Part shown: piece after piece, positions 28,392-38,923 of the stretch
How the letters are laid out: every line of letters begins with the position of its first letter
Numbering within the stretch: position 1 is the stretch's first letter
DNA from: Aquificaceae bacterium
Lineage (GTDB): Bacteria; Aquificota; Aquificia; Aquificales; Aquificaceae
Reading direction: 5' to 3'
Length of the DNA: 64,000 nt
NCBI GenBank assembly: GCA_037925075.1
Contig: JAXSNR010000002.1
Location: 1-64,000 of the forward strand
Program-made: the position numbers and the translations under genes
Notes under the pieces: generated by a model
What the model saw: the letters and a program-made list of their open reading frames with translations, nothing else
Told to the model about the DNA's origin: nothing
The model's database searches: none

Positions 28392-30168
28392 TGTCCTCAA
28401 TAACCACATATCTGTATTTACCCTCTACAAAGTTTCTGAGATGTATCTTAGATGTTGGAACATATTCCTTAGGGACCGCTATGGCAATATCTCTGAGCCC
28501 CTCCTCATTCTTTAAATTAACGACCAAAGTATTATCACCTTCCAGTTTAAAAGTGTATTTTGTTTTTAAAAACCTTAGAAGAAAATCAGAAAAATAAGAC
28601 ATAGATTCAACCCTAAGCCTATTAGCTTTAGAAAATTCCACTGCTTTTTCAATAAAAGCCTTAATGGCGTTAGGGTAATGTGGTATATCGTAGGGATGAG
28701 AGTAAAAAAGTCTAACCGTTTTTTCTTTTACTACAAAATCTATTAGACTGAGTAAAAAGCTTTTAACCTCATCTTCCGAAACTCCAGCATCCCATATTTC
28801 GTAAAGACTTGCTTTATCTTCAAAACTCATAACCGGAAAGGCAATAACTTTATCGGAAACCTTTTTCCCGTCAAAAAAGGTTCTATTGGGAGGTGAGCCT
28901 GTATCACCTGTATAGTAGTAGGAGTTCATGCCAAATTTTTCAAGTATCCTCGTTTTGACAGGTTGTGGATGAACGCCGTTTGGTGCTGAATATTCTACTA
29001 TCTTGTAGCCAGTAATGCTTTCAAGACATTGATTATTCTTATGTATATACTCTTCCATTTTTTCTAAATCTATCCTGTTTTCAAGTATTCCATAGGAGAA
29101 CCAGTTATGAGCCCATCCGCCATGAGAACCTACAACACCATAGGGCAAAAGCATCTGAACAAAGATTTTTCCTCTACCGCAAGCGTCAAAGCCAAGCCCA
29201 TCTCCAAAGGAATCTCTGAAATCTCCGGCAGTAATATGAAAGGATTGACGAATTTCCCTTCTTACATAACCTTCCTTTATCATCATTGCTATGCTATGCC
29301 AGTCTGGGTTTGCATCTATGTGCCAATTTATAATAAGCCCCCCTAAAGCCCCTGGAACGTTTACAAGGTGTGGAAGATGCAAAAGCTTAAGCAAAAACAT
29401 CCTCAATACAGACCTAAGAGGTAGGTCGTCTGAGTATGCTTTAAGATATCCAATAGGGAGATTTACCCAAAGAACATAACCTCTACCATAAGGTTTAATA
29501 ACCACCCCGGGATAGATCTCCCCATCTTTAGTTAGAACCTCCGCAACAACTTGGTAAGAGCTATCCAAAATATCAACTCTTGAAACAGGATACAACAGAT
29601 CCCCATAGGCATAGCCCTTTATGAGTTTTAATTCCTTATCTAATTTTCCAGGAGTTATGCTCAAAAGGTTTGGTTGTAGGATTTTAAAATAGCCGTGTGT
29701 ATAAGCCTTTTCCCTCAATCTATCGTAGGTGGAATAATTTAATCCGAGAATTCCTGAAAAGAGAGCCTTCTTTAAGTAAGCCCCTTTATGATTTTTTATA
29801 CCAACATCATAAGCTAAGAGGACTGCACCCCCAAGATGTATATACTCTTGTATCCATTCTTTTATATCTTCATGAAGCTTCTGGTTAATACAGTCAGGGA
29901 AGATGATTGCAGGATGTTTTTTTAAGAAAACTTTGTCTGGCTCAAAGTTGAATAAAAGGGTATAGGATAAAAGTTCAAAAGGCACTCCTTCTTCTTCCAA
30001 AACACTTCTATAAGCATTGAGCACATACCTACAGTTCGTTAAGTTTTCAGGGTTATATACTACCAAAATTTTTATTTCCTTAGAAGTTTCAACGTTCAGA
30101 AGATTGTACATGCGGTAAAGACCTAAAAGTGCTAATAAAAAAAGTATGAATATCATAACTTTTCTCAT
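28348..30168 (-). CDS. Polysaccharide deacetylase-family protein with N-terminal anchor
   Basis: NWHIDAN, GSHGGWAHN, YSAPNGVHP, LFYSHPYD (CE4-like motifs). Confidence 0.7.
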   Translation of the reverse strand: MRKVMIFILFLLALLGLYRMYNLLNVETSKEIKILVVYNPENLTNCRYVLNAYRSVLEEEGVPFELLSYTLLFNFEPDKVFLKKHPAIIFPDCINQKLHEDIKEWIQEYIHLGGAVLLAYDVGIKNHKGAYLKKALFSGILGLNYSTYDRLREKAYTHGYFKILQPNLLSITPGKLDKELKLIKGYAYGDLLYPVSRVDILDSSYQVVAEVLTKDGEIYPGVVIKPYGRGYVLWVNLPIGYLKAYSDDLPLRSVLRMFLLKLLHLPHLVNVPGALGGLIINWHIDANPDWHSIAMMIKEGYVRREIRQSFHITAGDFRDSFGDGLGFDACGRGKIFVQMLLPYGVVGSHGGWAHNWFSYGILENRIDLEKMEEYIHKNNQCLESITGYKIVEYSAPNGVHPQPVKTRILEKFGMNSYYYTGDTGSPPNRTFFDGKKVSDKVIAFPVMSFEDKASLYEIWDAGVSEDEVKSFLLSLIDFVVKEKTVRLFYSHPYDIPHYPNAIKAFIEKAVEFSKANRLRVESMSYFSDFLLRFLKTKYTFKLEGDNTLVVNLKNEEGLRDIAIAVPKEYVPTSKIHLRNFVEGKYRYVVIEDNVKELSISFSNKLP

Positions 30169-31079
30169 AGCTCTATGGTGCCTTCCCCTTCTGTATGGAC
30201 ATATCCATAAATTTTTGCATTTTTGATAATTTTTACCCTTCTTTTACCAATTACGGACTTAACTTTCCCCTTTTCTCCAACAATACAGCCATTTAACAGA
30301 ATTACACCACTATGAGAAAACACATTACCCTTTACCCACACTTTTCCCTCTATATGTATATCTTGATCACTTATAATATTCCCCTCTATAACCATCTTTC
30401 TATCTTGAGTTTTCAAAGTTATACTACCCTTTGACCTTAAAGTTCCTCTAACATAGGCTTTATCTCCTTTAAAATCTTCTTCTTGAACATCGCCAGCATT
30501 TATTTCTTTTGCAAAAATCCTTTTAAAGGAACATGGAGCTTTTACATACAATATCCCACCACAATAAAGATTAATTCCGAGGGAAGACTTATCCATTATA
30601 AAACAGTCCCCTTCTACATGTATCCATCTTATTATATCAATAGGTTTTTCTACCTTTAAATCTCCTTTTACCAATAAAGCCCTGGCTTTTGTAGGTATTT
30701 TAATTTCAAGACTACCCAGCGAAACAACTTCTCTTCTTGAAACAAACTTATCTTTCCCTTTTACCTGAGCGAGCATTCCATCTATAACTACTATGTTATC
30801 TTCATAGTCTTTTCCTTCAACTTCGTCTCTGACAAACATTAACCTTTCTGGTTTTGGAAAGGAGAGTGGGGCTTCAAGTATTCCTTCCCTATTCTCTAAT
30901 TGTTTTAATGATTTTTGAAGAATCTTTAGAAAAGATTTGCCAAAGTAGGAGGGATCTTTTGAAAAATCCTGTTTTATATTCAATGGGCTTGCATCTTTTT
31001 TTCTATAGTACTCTATAACAGCTGGGAAAAAAGGTATGGTAAGCATAACAAAAAATATAAATAAAACCACAAGCTCCAT
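30165..31079 (-). CDS. Membrane-anchored beta-helix (bactofilin-like) protein
   Basis: N-terminal TM; repeated I.GN/V.G motifs. Confidence 0.5.
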   Translation of the reverse strand: MELVVLFIFFVMLTIPFFPAVIEYYRKKDASPLNIKQDFSKDPSYFGKSFLKILQKSLKQLENREGILEAPLSFPKPERLMFVRDEVEGKDYEDNIVVIDGMLAQVKGKDKFVSRREVVSLGSLEIKIPTKARALLVKGDLKVEKPIDIIRWIHVEGDCFIMDKSSLGINLYCGGILYVKAPCSFKRIFAKEINAGDVQEEDFKGDKAYVRGTLRSKGSITLKTQDRKMVIEGNIISDQDIHIEGKVWVKGNVFSHSGVILLNGCIVGEKGKVKSVIGKRRVKIIKNAKIYGYVHTEGEGTIEL

Positions 31080-31083
31080 CGTT

Positions 31084-32349
31084 TCAACTTCCTCTAAATC
31101 TTTCCGTTTTTTGCCATACCGCCTTCCTTTTGGTGATTAAATCAACCAGGGCATCTATAAATCCAAGAGAAGTATACCAAAGGTTAAACAGAAAAACAAA
31201 GTAAAACAGAGGTAATAATCGCAATCTTCGGCTTACGCCGTCCAAAAATCCAGCTAAACCTATTTGAAAAAATGGAGCAAAATTCCCAAAAGAATTGTAA
31301 GCCATAAGCGACAGAATAACTATGAAAATGGACATAATCTCCATCTCTCCCAGATAAAAAAGAAGAATAGAATCAACAAAACCGAGAAGCATAAGGAAAG
31401 GAACCATGTATATGAAAAGCAAAAGCGTACCATCTATCTTTTGCATCAGGGAAATGTCCTTAGATTTCCAAAACGGTATAAGGTATTTAAAAAGCACTTG
31501 ATTGTGCCCTCTTGACCATCTTCTTATCTGTCTTGCTCTCACCTTCCAACTTTCTGGTGCTTCTTCATAACACTCCGCTCTGTTTATGTATAAAACTTTA
31601 TACCCTTCTAAATACATTTTGAATGTCAAGTCTGTATCTTCCGCCAGAACTTCAGGGTCAAAACCTCCAAATTTCAAAATAAGCTCCTTTCTAAAAGCTC
31701 CCACAGTCCCACCGTATTGGGGGATAAGGCCAAGATTATATCTAGCCTGTTGGTCAATCTGATACCCTCCACTTCTTTCAAGGTCCAAAAGTCTTGTAAG
31801 TAGATTTTTGGGTGTATTTATGGGAACAACCCTTCCCATAACCGCACCCACCTCAGGGTCTATAAAGTTTATAACAAGCTCCCTTAACTGTCCTTTAGGT
31901 GGTATGTAGTCCGCATCATAAATAACAATTATCTCTCCTTTGGCAAGCTTTAAGGCGTCGTTAAGGGCTGACGGTTTGCCCCTTTGTTCATCCCCAAGCC
32001 TATGAAGAGGCTTAATATAACTGTATTTTGAGGCGTATTCCTCTAATATATCTTTGGTTTTATCCGTAGAATGGTCATTTATAGGTATGACTTCTATTTT
32101 ATCTTTTGGATAATCTTGAAGTATAATTGCATCAAGTACATACCTTGCAACTTTCTCTTCGTTATGCATAGGAATTAACACAGAAACATAAGGCAAATCG
32201 CTATCAAGAACATCATGATATGAAACCCTCTGTTCTCCCATTACTCTGTTATAAGTAAAAACAAAATGTCTTATGATATATAGAATTATTACAAAAACCA
32301 GCATAACTATATAGACCTTCAGGAAAAATATTAATAGACCCATCTCCAA
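31084..32349 (-). CDS. Processive glycosyltransferase family 2
   Basis: IPMHNEE, NDHSTD, GKPSALN, YDADY, AEDTD, RQIRRW, flanking TM helices. Confidence 0.9.
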   Translation of the reverse strand: MEMGLLIFFLKVYIVMLVFVIILYIIRHFVFTYNRVMGEQRVSYHDVLDSDLPYVSVLIPMHNEEKVARYVLDAIILQDYPKDKIEVIPINDHSTDKTKDILEEYASKYSYIKPLHRLGDEQRGKPSALNDALKLAKGEIIVIYDADYIPPKGQLRELVINFIDPEVGAVMGRVVPINTPKNLLTRLLDLERSGGYQIDQQARYNLGLIPQYGGTVGAFRKELILKFGGFDPEVLAEDTDLTFKMYLEGYKVLYINRAECYEEAPESWKVRARQIRRWSRGHNQVLFKYLIPFWKSKDISLMQKIDGTLLLFIYMVPFLMLLGFVDSILLFYLGEMEIMSIFIVILSLMAYNSFGNFAPFFQIGLAGFLDGVSRRLRLLPLFYFVFLFNLWYTSLGFIDALVDLITKRKAVWQKTERFRGS

Positions 32350-33134
32350 TAAGCTATCTTCGTTGCATATTTTTCTGAAAGTATAGACAAATAAAAAGAA
32401 TAAATGCTACTAATGTATATCATATCAAGCAAAGGACCTAGATTAAAAAAGAAGTTTGCCATCCATATATAAGATAGCTTATCTAAAAGATAAAGCATAG
32501 CAATATATCTAACAACACCAAAAACAAAAGAATAAATAAGAGTAATAAACGTTATTAAAATGTTTAAAAAGAAAATAGCAGTGGATACATTTAAAAGGGA
32601 TAAAGCAAACCCAAGAACAACAGGAATAAAGGAAAGTATACCAACCTGAATTGTCATATAAAGTAAAGAAAAGTTGTTTGATGAGTAAGGAAACTTGTAA
32701 GGTACAAGATAAAAAAACAGGGAAGAACATAGGAGAACAAGGAAAAAGAATTGGACGTATATCTTTATTGGGGCTGATAATAGATTAACTTTGGGTATGT
32801 ACAATATAAAAATTAAGGATATGAAAATATATATAACGGATTCGTACAAGGATGGGAACCTACCACTATATCCTATATAGTTTAGTTTAAAAAAGCTAGC
32901 GACCGTTTCTTCAAGAATTCTTGCATCGTTTAGAAAATATATAGAAAAATAGGAAATCAGATGGGAAACTTCTTTGAGATTAAGAAGAAGAATTAAGCTT
33001 ATGACTACGCTGAATAAAAGTTGAATATACACAAGCGGTTTTTTTACATTTAAAATTTTCCCAAACCTTGCGTAATGTATTATCTTTTTTTCAGAATTCG
33101 CTGAAGACCCCGAATTCAACCCCATACTTTTCAT
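32331..33134 (-). CDS. Polytopic membrane protein of the polysaccharide locus
   Basis: Multiple hydrophobic segments; overlaps both neighbours; start uncertain. Confidence 0.6.
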   Translation of the reverse strand: MKSMGLNSGSSANSEKKIIHYARFGKILNVKKPLVYIQLLFSVVISLILLLNLKEVSHLISYFSIYFLNDARILEETVASFFKLNYIGYSGRFPSLYESVIYIFISLIFILYIPKVNLLSAPIKIYVQFFFLVLLCSSLFFYLVPYKFPYSSNNFSLLYMTIQVGILSFIPVVLGFALSLLNVSTAIFFLNILITFITLIYSFVFGVVRYIAMLYLLDKLSYIWMANFFFNLGPLLDMIYISSIYSFYLSILSEKYATKIAYWRWVY

Positions 33135-33873
33135 AGCCCTTCTCCAGTTTAAAGTAATTAGTTCCCAAAGTTATCCCCCAGTTTTGAGTAAGCCATCTCC
33201 TGTGACTAAATTTTATTAGTAGAGAATTCTGTCTTACTTCCTCGGGAATGGCTAGGTAAGTGGCAAGGTAGGCTTGTTTGCCGTATGAGAGGTCTAAGTA
33301 GGTCCAGGAGGCTTTCTCTCTCCCAATACCTATACTGATCAAATCAGCAGAGGAACGAACGTTACCAGGTTCGCTTCTATTCAAAAAGTGCTTATAAGTT
33401 ATATTCCAGCCATCCGCATAATATGTTAGCCCTGTGGAGATTAATGTATCTCTGTGCACATCGTGGTATTTTATGTAGGAAAGTCCTACGGATGGTAGTA
33501 TATTCTTTTTGGCGCCTAACTTTATATAAACTTCACCGTCAAGCCTGAGTTGGGGAAGATATACAGAGTTTGTACCATAAGATATGGAAGTGTACGTATA
33601 GATATTTTCTGTCCAATCTTTGTAAGATGCCAAGTGCGAAAGGAGAGCTTCACCTTCCTTTCTACTGAAACCAGAAAGACCAATAATGTAAGTAAATCCC
33701 CTTATAGGACTGTGGTAAAAGGCGAGCGTGCCAGTTTTCCACTCTCCGTATAAGCTCGGGGAAAGTCTTTCGTAAGAACCAGAAAGTTCTATTCTTTTAT
33801 AGTCTTCCGCATCAGCTATGCTTGTTAACAGGAGACATAACGGAAAACTCACTAACCAAACTCTTGCACTCAT
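33091..33873 (-). CDS. YaiO-like outer-membrane beta-barrel
   Basis: Signal peptide, alternating aromatic beta-strand pattern, C-terminal Phe. Confidence 0.7.
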   Translation of the reverse strand: MSARVWLVSFPLCLLLTSIADAEDYKRIELSGSYERLSPSLYGEWKTGTLAFYHSPIRGFTYIIGLSGFSRKEGEALLSHLASYKDWTENIYTYTSISYGTNSVYLPQLRLDGEVYIKLGAKKNILPSVGLSYIKYHDVHRDTLISTGLTYYADGWNITYKHFLNRSEPGNVRSSADLISIGIGREKASWTYLDLSYGKQAYLATYLAIPEEVRQNSLLIKFSHRRWLTQNWGITLGTNYFKLEKGYEKYGVEFGVFSEF

Positions 33874-35068
33874 GCATAGCCTCCTTGCTACTTTTGGGAT
33901 ACTCCCTTATAAATTTTAAGAATTTTTCACACTTCAAGAGTGCTATTAATCTGTCGGAGGCTAATCCATCGCCGTATGGGTTTGGTAAATGTTTAAGTTT
34001 TTCTAAAAATGTTTGATTTTTATAAACCTTTTTAAAAGTTTCTACTATTTTATCCTCATCCCTGCCTACAATGAAGCCAAAGCCATACTCTATAGTTTCG
34101 TTTCTTTCTGTCACATCCCTAAGCACAAGTACTGGTTTTTTAAAGGTTGGTATCTCTTCCTGTATACCTCCGGAGTCTGTGAGTACCACATCAGCATCTC
34201 TGAGCATTAAAATAGTCTCCGGATAGGAGAGTGCTTCTGTGAGTATAAGATTTTGAGGATGCTCTTTTAACTCTTCCAAAACTATACGTCTAACCATTGG
34301 ATTTTTATGAAGAGACCATATAAATAAGGTTTCGGAGTACTCTTGGGAAAGTTTTTCAACAGCCCTGCATATGGCTCTAAGGGGCTCTCCTATGCTTTCT
34401 CTTCTGTGAGAAGTGATAAGTACCTTAGGTTGAGATTTTAATGTATCAGGATTTATATTTAACCTTCTTCCAAGAAGTTGATATATTTGTCCTTCGTCCA
34501 TCCTTTCCATTATCATATTCAAGGCATCAACCACGGTATTGCCCATAAGAAATATCCTATCTTCTCTTTTGCCTTCTTGTAGAAGTTTTGAGTACGCTCT
34601 AAAGGTTGGTGCTATATATATATCAGATAGCTCATCAGTAAGCACTCTAAACATCTCCTCAGGAAAAGGTGAATATTTATCTTCACTTCTCAATCCGGCT
34701 TCAATGTGAATTACAGGAATTTTTTCCATAAAAGCAACGAAGGAAGTAACGTATGTGGTAAGCGTATCGCCTTGTACCAAAACAAGCTTTGGGTTTTCTT
34801 TTTCTATTACATCTCTTAATTTCCTACTTATGCATTCGGAATTTTGTAGAAGGTCAGAGTTAGAGCAACCTAAATTGTAATCAAGTTTTATATCAAACAG
34901 CTCTAATAGGTTCTCAATAAGCTCCTTATGTTGGCCACTTGCTACAATTTTAATGTTCCATTCCTTTGATTTTTCTAGCTTCTTTATGACTGGAGCAAGT
35001 TTTATCAATTCTGGACGTGTGCCAAAAGATACAAGTATTGTATACCTTTTGTCTGTCATAAGCGTCAA
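33812..35068 (-). CDS. wecB: UDP-GlcNAc 2-epimerase (non-hydrolysing)
   Basis: FGTRPELIK, GQH, VQGDT, HIEAGLR, FPEE, TDSGGIQEE, NPYGDG. Confidence 0.93.
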   Translation of the reverse strand: MTLMTDKRYTILVSFGTRPELIKLAPVIKKLEKSKEWNIKIVASGQHKELIENLLELFDIKLDYNLGCSNSDLLQNSECISRKLRDVIEKENPKLVLVQGDTLTTYVTSFVAFMEKIPVIHIEAGLRSEDKYSPFPEEMFRVLTDELSDIYIAPTFRAYSKLLQEGKREDRIFLMGNTVVDALNMIMERMDEGQIYQLLGRRLNINPDTLKSQPKVLITSHRRESIGEPLRAICRAVEKLSQEYSETLFIWSLHKNPMVRRIVLEELKEHPQNLILTEALSYPETILMLRDADVVLTDSGGIQEEIPTFKKPVLVLRDVTERNETIEYGFGFIVGRDEDKIVETFKKVYKNQTFLEKLKHLPNPYGDGLASDRLIALLKCEKFLKFIREYPKSSKEAMHECKSLVSEFSVMSPVNKHS

Positions 35069-35139
35069 TATTATAAAACAATATGCGAAAAAGCTTTTAG
35101 GTTATCTTTTTCTAAATTATCTCACCTATTAACGTAACC

Positions 35140-35997
35140 TCATCCGCTTAAAGGTGGCCCTATCCTTACTAGCCCCAGCTCCGTTATCTCCATATAGTGT
35201 GTTCTTGTATCATGCCCGCAAAGCCTGCAACCGTCTATGCGAAAGAGCCTAACAATCTCCCCTATGGGCCTTTTGTAAAACCTTGATTGAGCTTGTGTAA
35301 GGATAAGGTCTTTGGAAAGCACCATAGAGCAATCCACTATGTGGCTTATGGCGTATCCACCCGCCGCCTCCGCTGTAAGCTCTTCGTGTCCGCTTCTCTT
35401 TTGAGAAACAAATATAGCTGTCTGGTACCACTTTTTCATAAAGTTAAAGAGCTGACGCACCACAATTCTTGCCTGCATTTCTTTTGCTTCGTAAAGCCCG
35501 GTGATTGAGTCTATGACCACATGCCTAACCTTGTAAGTTTTTATCACATGGGCTAAGGTAGCCAAAAGGTCTGGTATGTTTTCCCTCAATCTACTATGGC
35601 TTGCAGCGTCTATGAGAACAATCCTGTTTTCTATACTTTCAAAATCAACACCCATAGCCTTTGCCCTTTCCCTGATGCCTGCTATGGTAAAGTGTGCAAG
35701 AGATTCCACCGTTACAAAGGCCACCGCCTCTCCTCTGCTTGCCTGCTTTACCGCGTACTGCTCCGCCATAAGGCTTTTGCCCGTGTCGGAAACCCCCGTT
35801 ATGTTAACCACCGAGTAGGCGGGTATGCCACCAAGGGGCTTTCTTACTGGCTTTCCATCCTGAACTTCGGAGGTGAAAAAGAGCTCATCAAGACCCTCAA
35901 CACCTGTAGGCACACCGTAGAGCTTTGGAGCCTTCTTTATGGCTTCTCCCGCAATCCAAATACTTTCCTCTACCACCTCTGGTTTTCTTTCTTCCAT
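35140..35997 (-). CDS. KaiC-like RecA-superfamily ATPase (single domain)
   Basis: PTGVEGLD, GVSDTGKS, VVIDSIT, RIDGCRLCGHD. Confidence 0.82.
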   Translation of the reverse strand: MEERKPEVVEESIWIAGEAIKKAPKLYGVPTGVEGLDELFFTSEVQDGKPVRKPLGGIPAYSVVNITGVSDTGKSLMAEQYAVKQASRGEAVAFVTVESLAHFTIAGIRERAKAMGVDFESIENRIVLIDAASHSRLRENIPDLLATLAHVIKTYKVRHVVIDSITGLYEAKEMQARIVVRQLFNFMKKWYQTAIFVSQKRSGHEELTAEAAGGYAISHIVDCSMVLSKDLILTQAQSRFYKRPIGEIVRLFRIDGCRLCGHDTRTHYMEITELGLVRIGPPLSG

Positions 35998-36016
35998 CGG
36001 AATAAATTTTATCAAC

Positions 36017-37327
36017 ATGAAATACTTCATAAAGACCTTTGGATGTCAGATGAACTTTAACGACTCAGAAAGGCTCAGGGGCATACTGCAGAGCATGGGC
36101 TACGAGCCTGCTCAGAGTTGGGAAGAGGCGGAGCTCATCCTTATAAACACATGCACCATAAGGGAAAAGCCAGACCAAAAGGTTTATTCGCATCTGGGTG
36201 AATACAAAAAGATAAAGGAGAAAAACCCGAGGGCTCTTATAGGAGTTTGCGGGTGCCTTGCCCAGAGGATGGGAGAAGAGCTGGTGCAAAAGGCTCCAGT
36301 AGTGGACCTTATGTTTTCTAGCTTTAACATGCACCAACTACCTGAACTGGTCCAACAAGCTCAAGCGGGCTACAAAGCCATAGCCATCCTTGAAAGCCCA
36401 CCAGAAGACGAGGACAAGCTTTGGGAGTATCCCACCGTTAGGGATAACCAGTTTTGTGCCTATGTAACCGTGATGAAGGGATGTGATAAGAACTGTGCCT
36501 ACTGCGTGGTGCCAAGGACAAGGGGAAGGCAAAGGTCAAGAAGTCTTGAAAATATACTTTCAGAGGTTAAAAGCCTTGTGGCGGATGGAGTAAGGGAGAT
36601 ACACCTTTTAGGTCAAAATGTGACCGCATGGGGTCAGGACTTAGGTATTCCCTTTGAGGAGCTTCTCTACAGAGTTGCAGAGGTGCAGGGCGTGGAAAGG
36701 ATAAGGTTTACAACTGGACATCCAAAAGACCTGACGGAAAACATAGCAAAAGCCATGGGGGATTTGCCCCAAGTTTGCGAGCATATACACCTTCCTGTAC
36801 AATCGGGCTCTACAAGGATTCTTAAGCTAATGGACAGAGGCTACACAAAGGAGGAGTACTTAGAAAAGATTGATATGTTAAGGCACTACGTGAAGGGTAT
36901 AACCTTTTCTACGGACATAATAGTGGGCTTTCCCACAGAGACGGAAGAAGATTTTGAGGAGACCCTTGATGTGCTACAGAAGGTAAGGTTCGAGCAAGTC
37001 TTTTCCTTTAAGTACTCTCCAAGACCTGATACGCCTGCCTATTCCATGGAGGGGCAAGTGCCTGATGAGGTAAAAACTCAAAGGATGTCAAGGCTTTTGG
37101 AACTGCAAAAAAGAATACTTTCAGATATGGCCGAATCCTACGAAGGCACAGAGCAAGAAGTACTTATTGAAGGTTATGAGAATGGAAGACTAACAGGTAG
37201 AACAAGAACGAACCGATGGGCAAGCCTTGAGGGAGATGAGAGCCTTCTTGGAAAGCTTTTAAGGGTAAAGGTGGTAAGCTCAAAACCCTTTAGTATGGAG
37301 TGTAAGCTTCTTGAGGTGCTAAGGTAG
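36017..37327 (+). CDS. miaB: tRNA methylthiotransferase MiaB
   Basis: TFGCQMN..DSE, NTCTIREK, GCDKNCAYC, TRAM domain. Confidence 0.95.
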   Translation: MKYFIKTFGCQMNFNDSERLRGILQSMGYEPAQSWEEAELILINTCTIREKPDQKVYSHLGEYKKIKEKNPRALIGVCGCLAQRMGEELVQKAPVVDLMFSSFNMHQLPELVQQAQAGYKAIAILESPPEDEDKLWEYPTVRDNQFCAYVTVMKGCDKNCAYCVVPRTRGRQRSRSLENILSEVKSLVADGVREIHLLGQNVTAWGQDLGIPFEELLYRVAEVQGVERIRFTTGHPKDLTENIAKAMGDLPQVCEHIHLPVQSGSTRILKLMDRGYTKEEYLEKIDMLRHYVKGITFSTDIIVGFPTETEEDFEETLDVLQKVRFEQVFSFKYSPRPDTPAYSMEGQVPDEVKTQRMSRLLELQKRILSDMAESYEGTEQEVLIEGYENGRLTGRTRTNRWASLEGDESLLGKLLRVKVVSSKPFSMECKLLEVLR

Positions 37328-37379
37328 GGGTGTTGCTACAGGCTTGAGGGAGGAGTAAATTTATAAATGGAGGTTTGCT

Positions 37380-37862
37380 ATGATTGAGATGGTAGTGCAT
37401 GGAGTCACCCTTGATCCAGTGTCCCAGATGCCCATAGTGGTGCTTAGGGCAAAGGATAATGAGGAAGTGCTTTTGCCTATATGGATAGGTATCTTTGAGG
37501 CGGACAGCATTGTGCGTCAACTTCAGAAGGTAGAACCTCCAAGACCAATGACCTACGAACTTACAAAAAGCATAATAGAGAATATGGGGGCAAGGTTAGA
37601 AAAGGTGGTCATAAGCGACCTAAAGGATAGTACTTACTATGCGGAGCTTCACATTCTTCATGGGAACAACCTTATAGTTATAGATTCAAGACCAAGCGAT
37701 GCAATAAACCTTGCCTTAAGGTTTGATGTTCCCGTGTTTGTAGAAGAAGAGGTGCTTGAAAAGTCTAAAGTGCCAAAGCCTGAGGAAGATGAAGAAAAGG
37801 AAAAACTCAAGGAATGGCTTGAGAACATAAAACCAGAAGACTTTGAAAAGGGGTTAAGCTAA
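37380..37862 (+). CDS. Bifunctional nuclease family (DUF151)
   Basis: LPIWIG.FEA, PRP.T, DSRPSDAI.LA. Confidence 0.9.
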   Translation: MIEMVVHGVTLDPVSQMPIVVLRAKDNEEVLLPIWIGIFEADSIVRQLQKVEPPRPMTYELTKSIIENMGARLEKVVISDLKDSTYYAELHILHGNNLIVIDSRPSDAINLALRFDVPVFVEEEVLEKSKVPKPEEDEEKEKLKEWLENIKPEDFEKGLS

Positions 37863-38282
37863 AGCCACCTTTTTTAGACACTCCGTCATAAGCTCCTTTG
37901 GTGGGCTTCCCACATCTAATGCAGGCTCCACCGCTACAAGGTCTTGCTTTTTCAGGTTATCATACAGAAGCTTAAAAACCTTCTCAAGGCCCTCTTTGAA
38001 ACCAAGCCCCTCTTTGAATATGTAAAGCTCCATATCCTCGCGGTAGCCCATAAGGTGGTAGTTTTGTAGGTTTTCTATCTTTTCATCAAAACCTATGGCA
38101 TAAGCCATGCCGTACTCTATCGCAAGCTTTGCGGGTGCGTACTCGGACGCATAGCATTCCATCTCCACAGGGTTTAAAGGCTTATCCTCTGGCAAGGCAA
38201 CCACATAGACTGCGGAAACCTTTTCTTTTTTGCCGTCCTGATAGTACCCCAAAAGTTCTATGTAATATACCCAGGACCTCAT
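37854..38282 (-). CDS. Hypothetical protein
   Basis: 142-aa ORF coupled to the upstream gene (4-bp overlap). Confidence 0.65.
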   Translation of the reverse strand: MRSWVYYIELLGYYQDGKKEKVSAVYVVALPEDKPLNPVEMECYASEYAPAKLAIEYGMAYAIGFDEKIENLQNYHLMGYREDMELYIFKEGLGFKEGLEKVFKLLYDNLKKQDLVAVEPALDVGSPPKELMTECLKKVALA

Positions 38283-38923
38283 ATTCTACCTAAAAGGTAA
38301 TTCCAAAAGAAAAGGATGGGGGGAAATATGATTTTTCCTATAACTCCTGTAAAGAGAAGGAGGGTTATTATCAAAAAGCCGTACATCTCAAACCTGTAGA
38401 AAAGCTCCCAGTACCTTACTGAGAAAAAGCTCATAACAGCCCTGCTACCATCAAGGGGTGGTATGGGAATGGCGTTGAAGAAGGCAAGCACAAGGTTTAT
38501 CAAAACGGCATTTGCGGAGAATAGGGCGAGGGGTACAAGCACCGCATCGCCAAGAAAGTTAAGATAGCCTTCTCTTATCAGTCTGTAAAGAAGGGAAAAC
38601 AAAAGGGCAAGCCCTATGTTCATCACTATACCCGCTATGGAAACAAAAAAGGTTCCCACTCTGAGGTCTCTAAATCTGAGAGGGTTTATTGGCACAGGCT
38701 TTGCCCAGCCGAAGAGCACTGGAGAGCCTATCAGCATAAGCATACCCGGAAGTATTAGAGTTCCAAAAAGATCTATGTGGGGTATAGGGTTTAGGGTTAG
38801 CCTGCCAAACTCTTTGGCGGTTGGGTCTCCCATCTTGTACGCGGTCCAGCCATGAGCGTATTCATGAAGTATAACAGCCATCATAAGGGCGGGAAGAGCC
38901 ACCACTGCGTTCTGTATATCCAT
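38279..38923 (-). CDS. Site-2 (M50) intramembrane metalloprotease
   Basis: HEYAH, GRLTLNP, FNAIPIPPLDG. Confidence 0.92.
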   Translation of the reverse strand: MDIQNAVVALPALMMAVILHEYAHGWTAYKMGDPTAKEFGRLTLNPIPHIDLFGTLILPGMLMLIGSPVLFGWAKPVPINPLRFRDLRVGTFFVSIAGIVMNIGLALLFSLLYRLIREGYLNFLGDAVLVPLALFSANAVLINLVLAFFNAIPIPPLDGSRAVMSFFSVRYWELFYRFEMYGFLIITLLLFTGVIGKIIFPPILFFWNYLLGRI

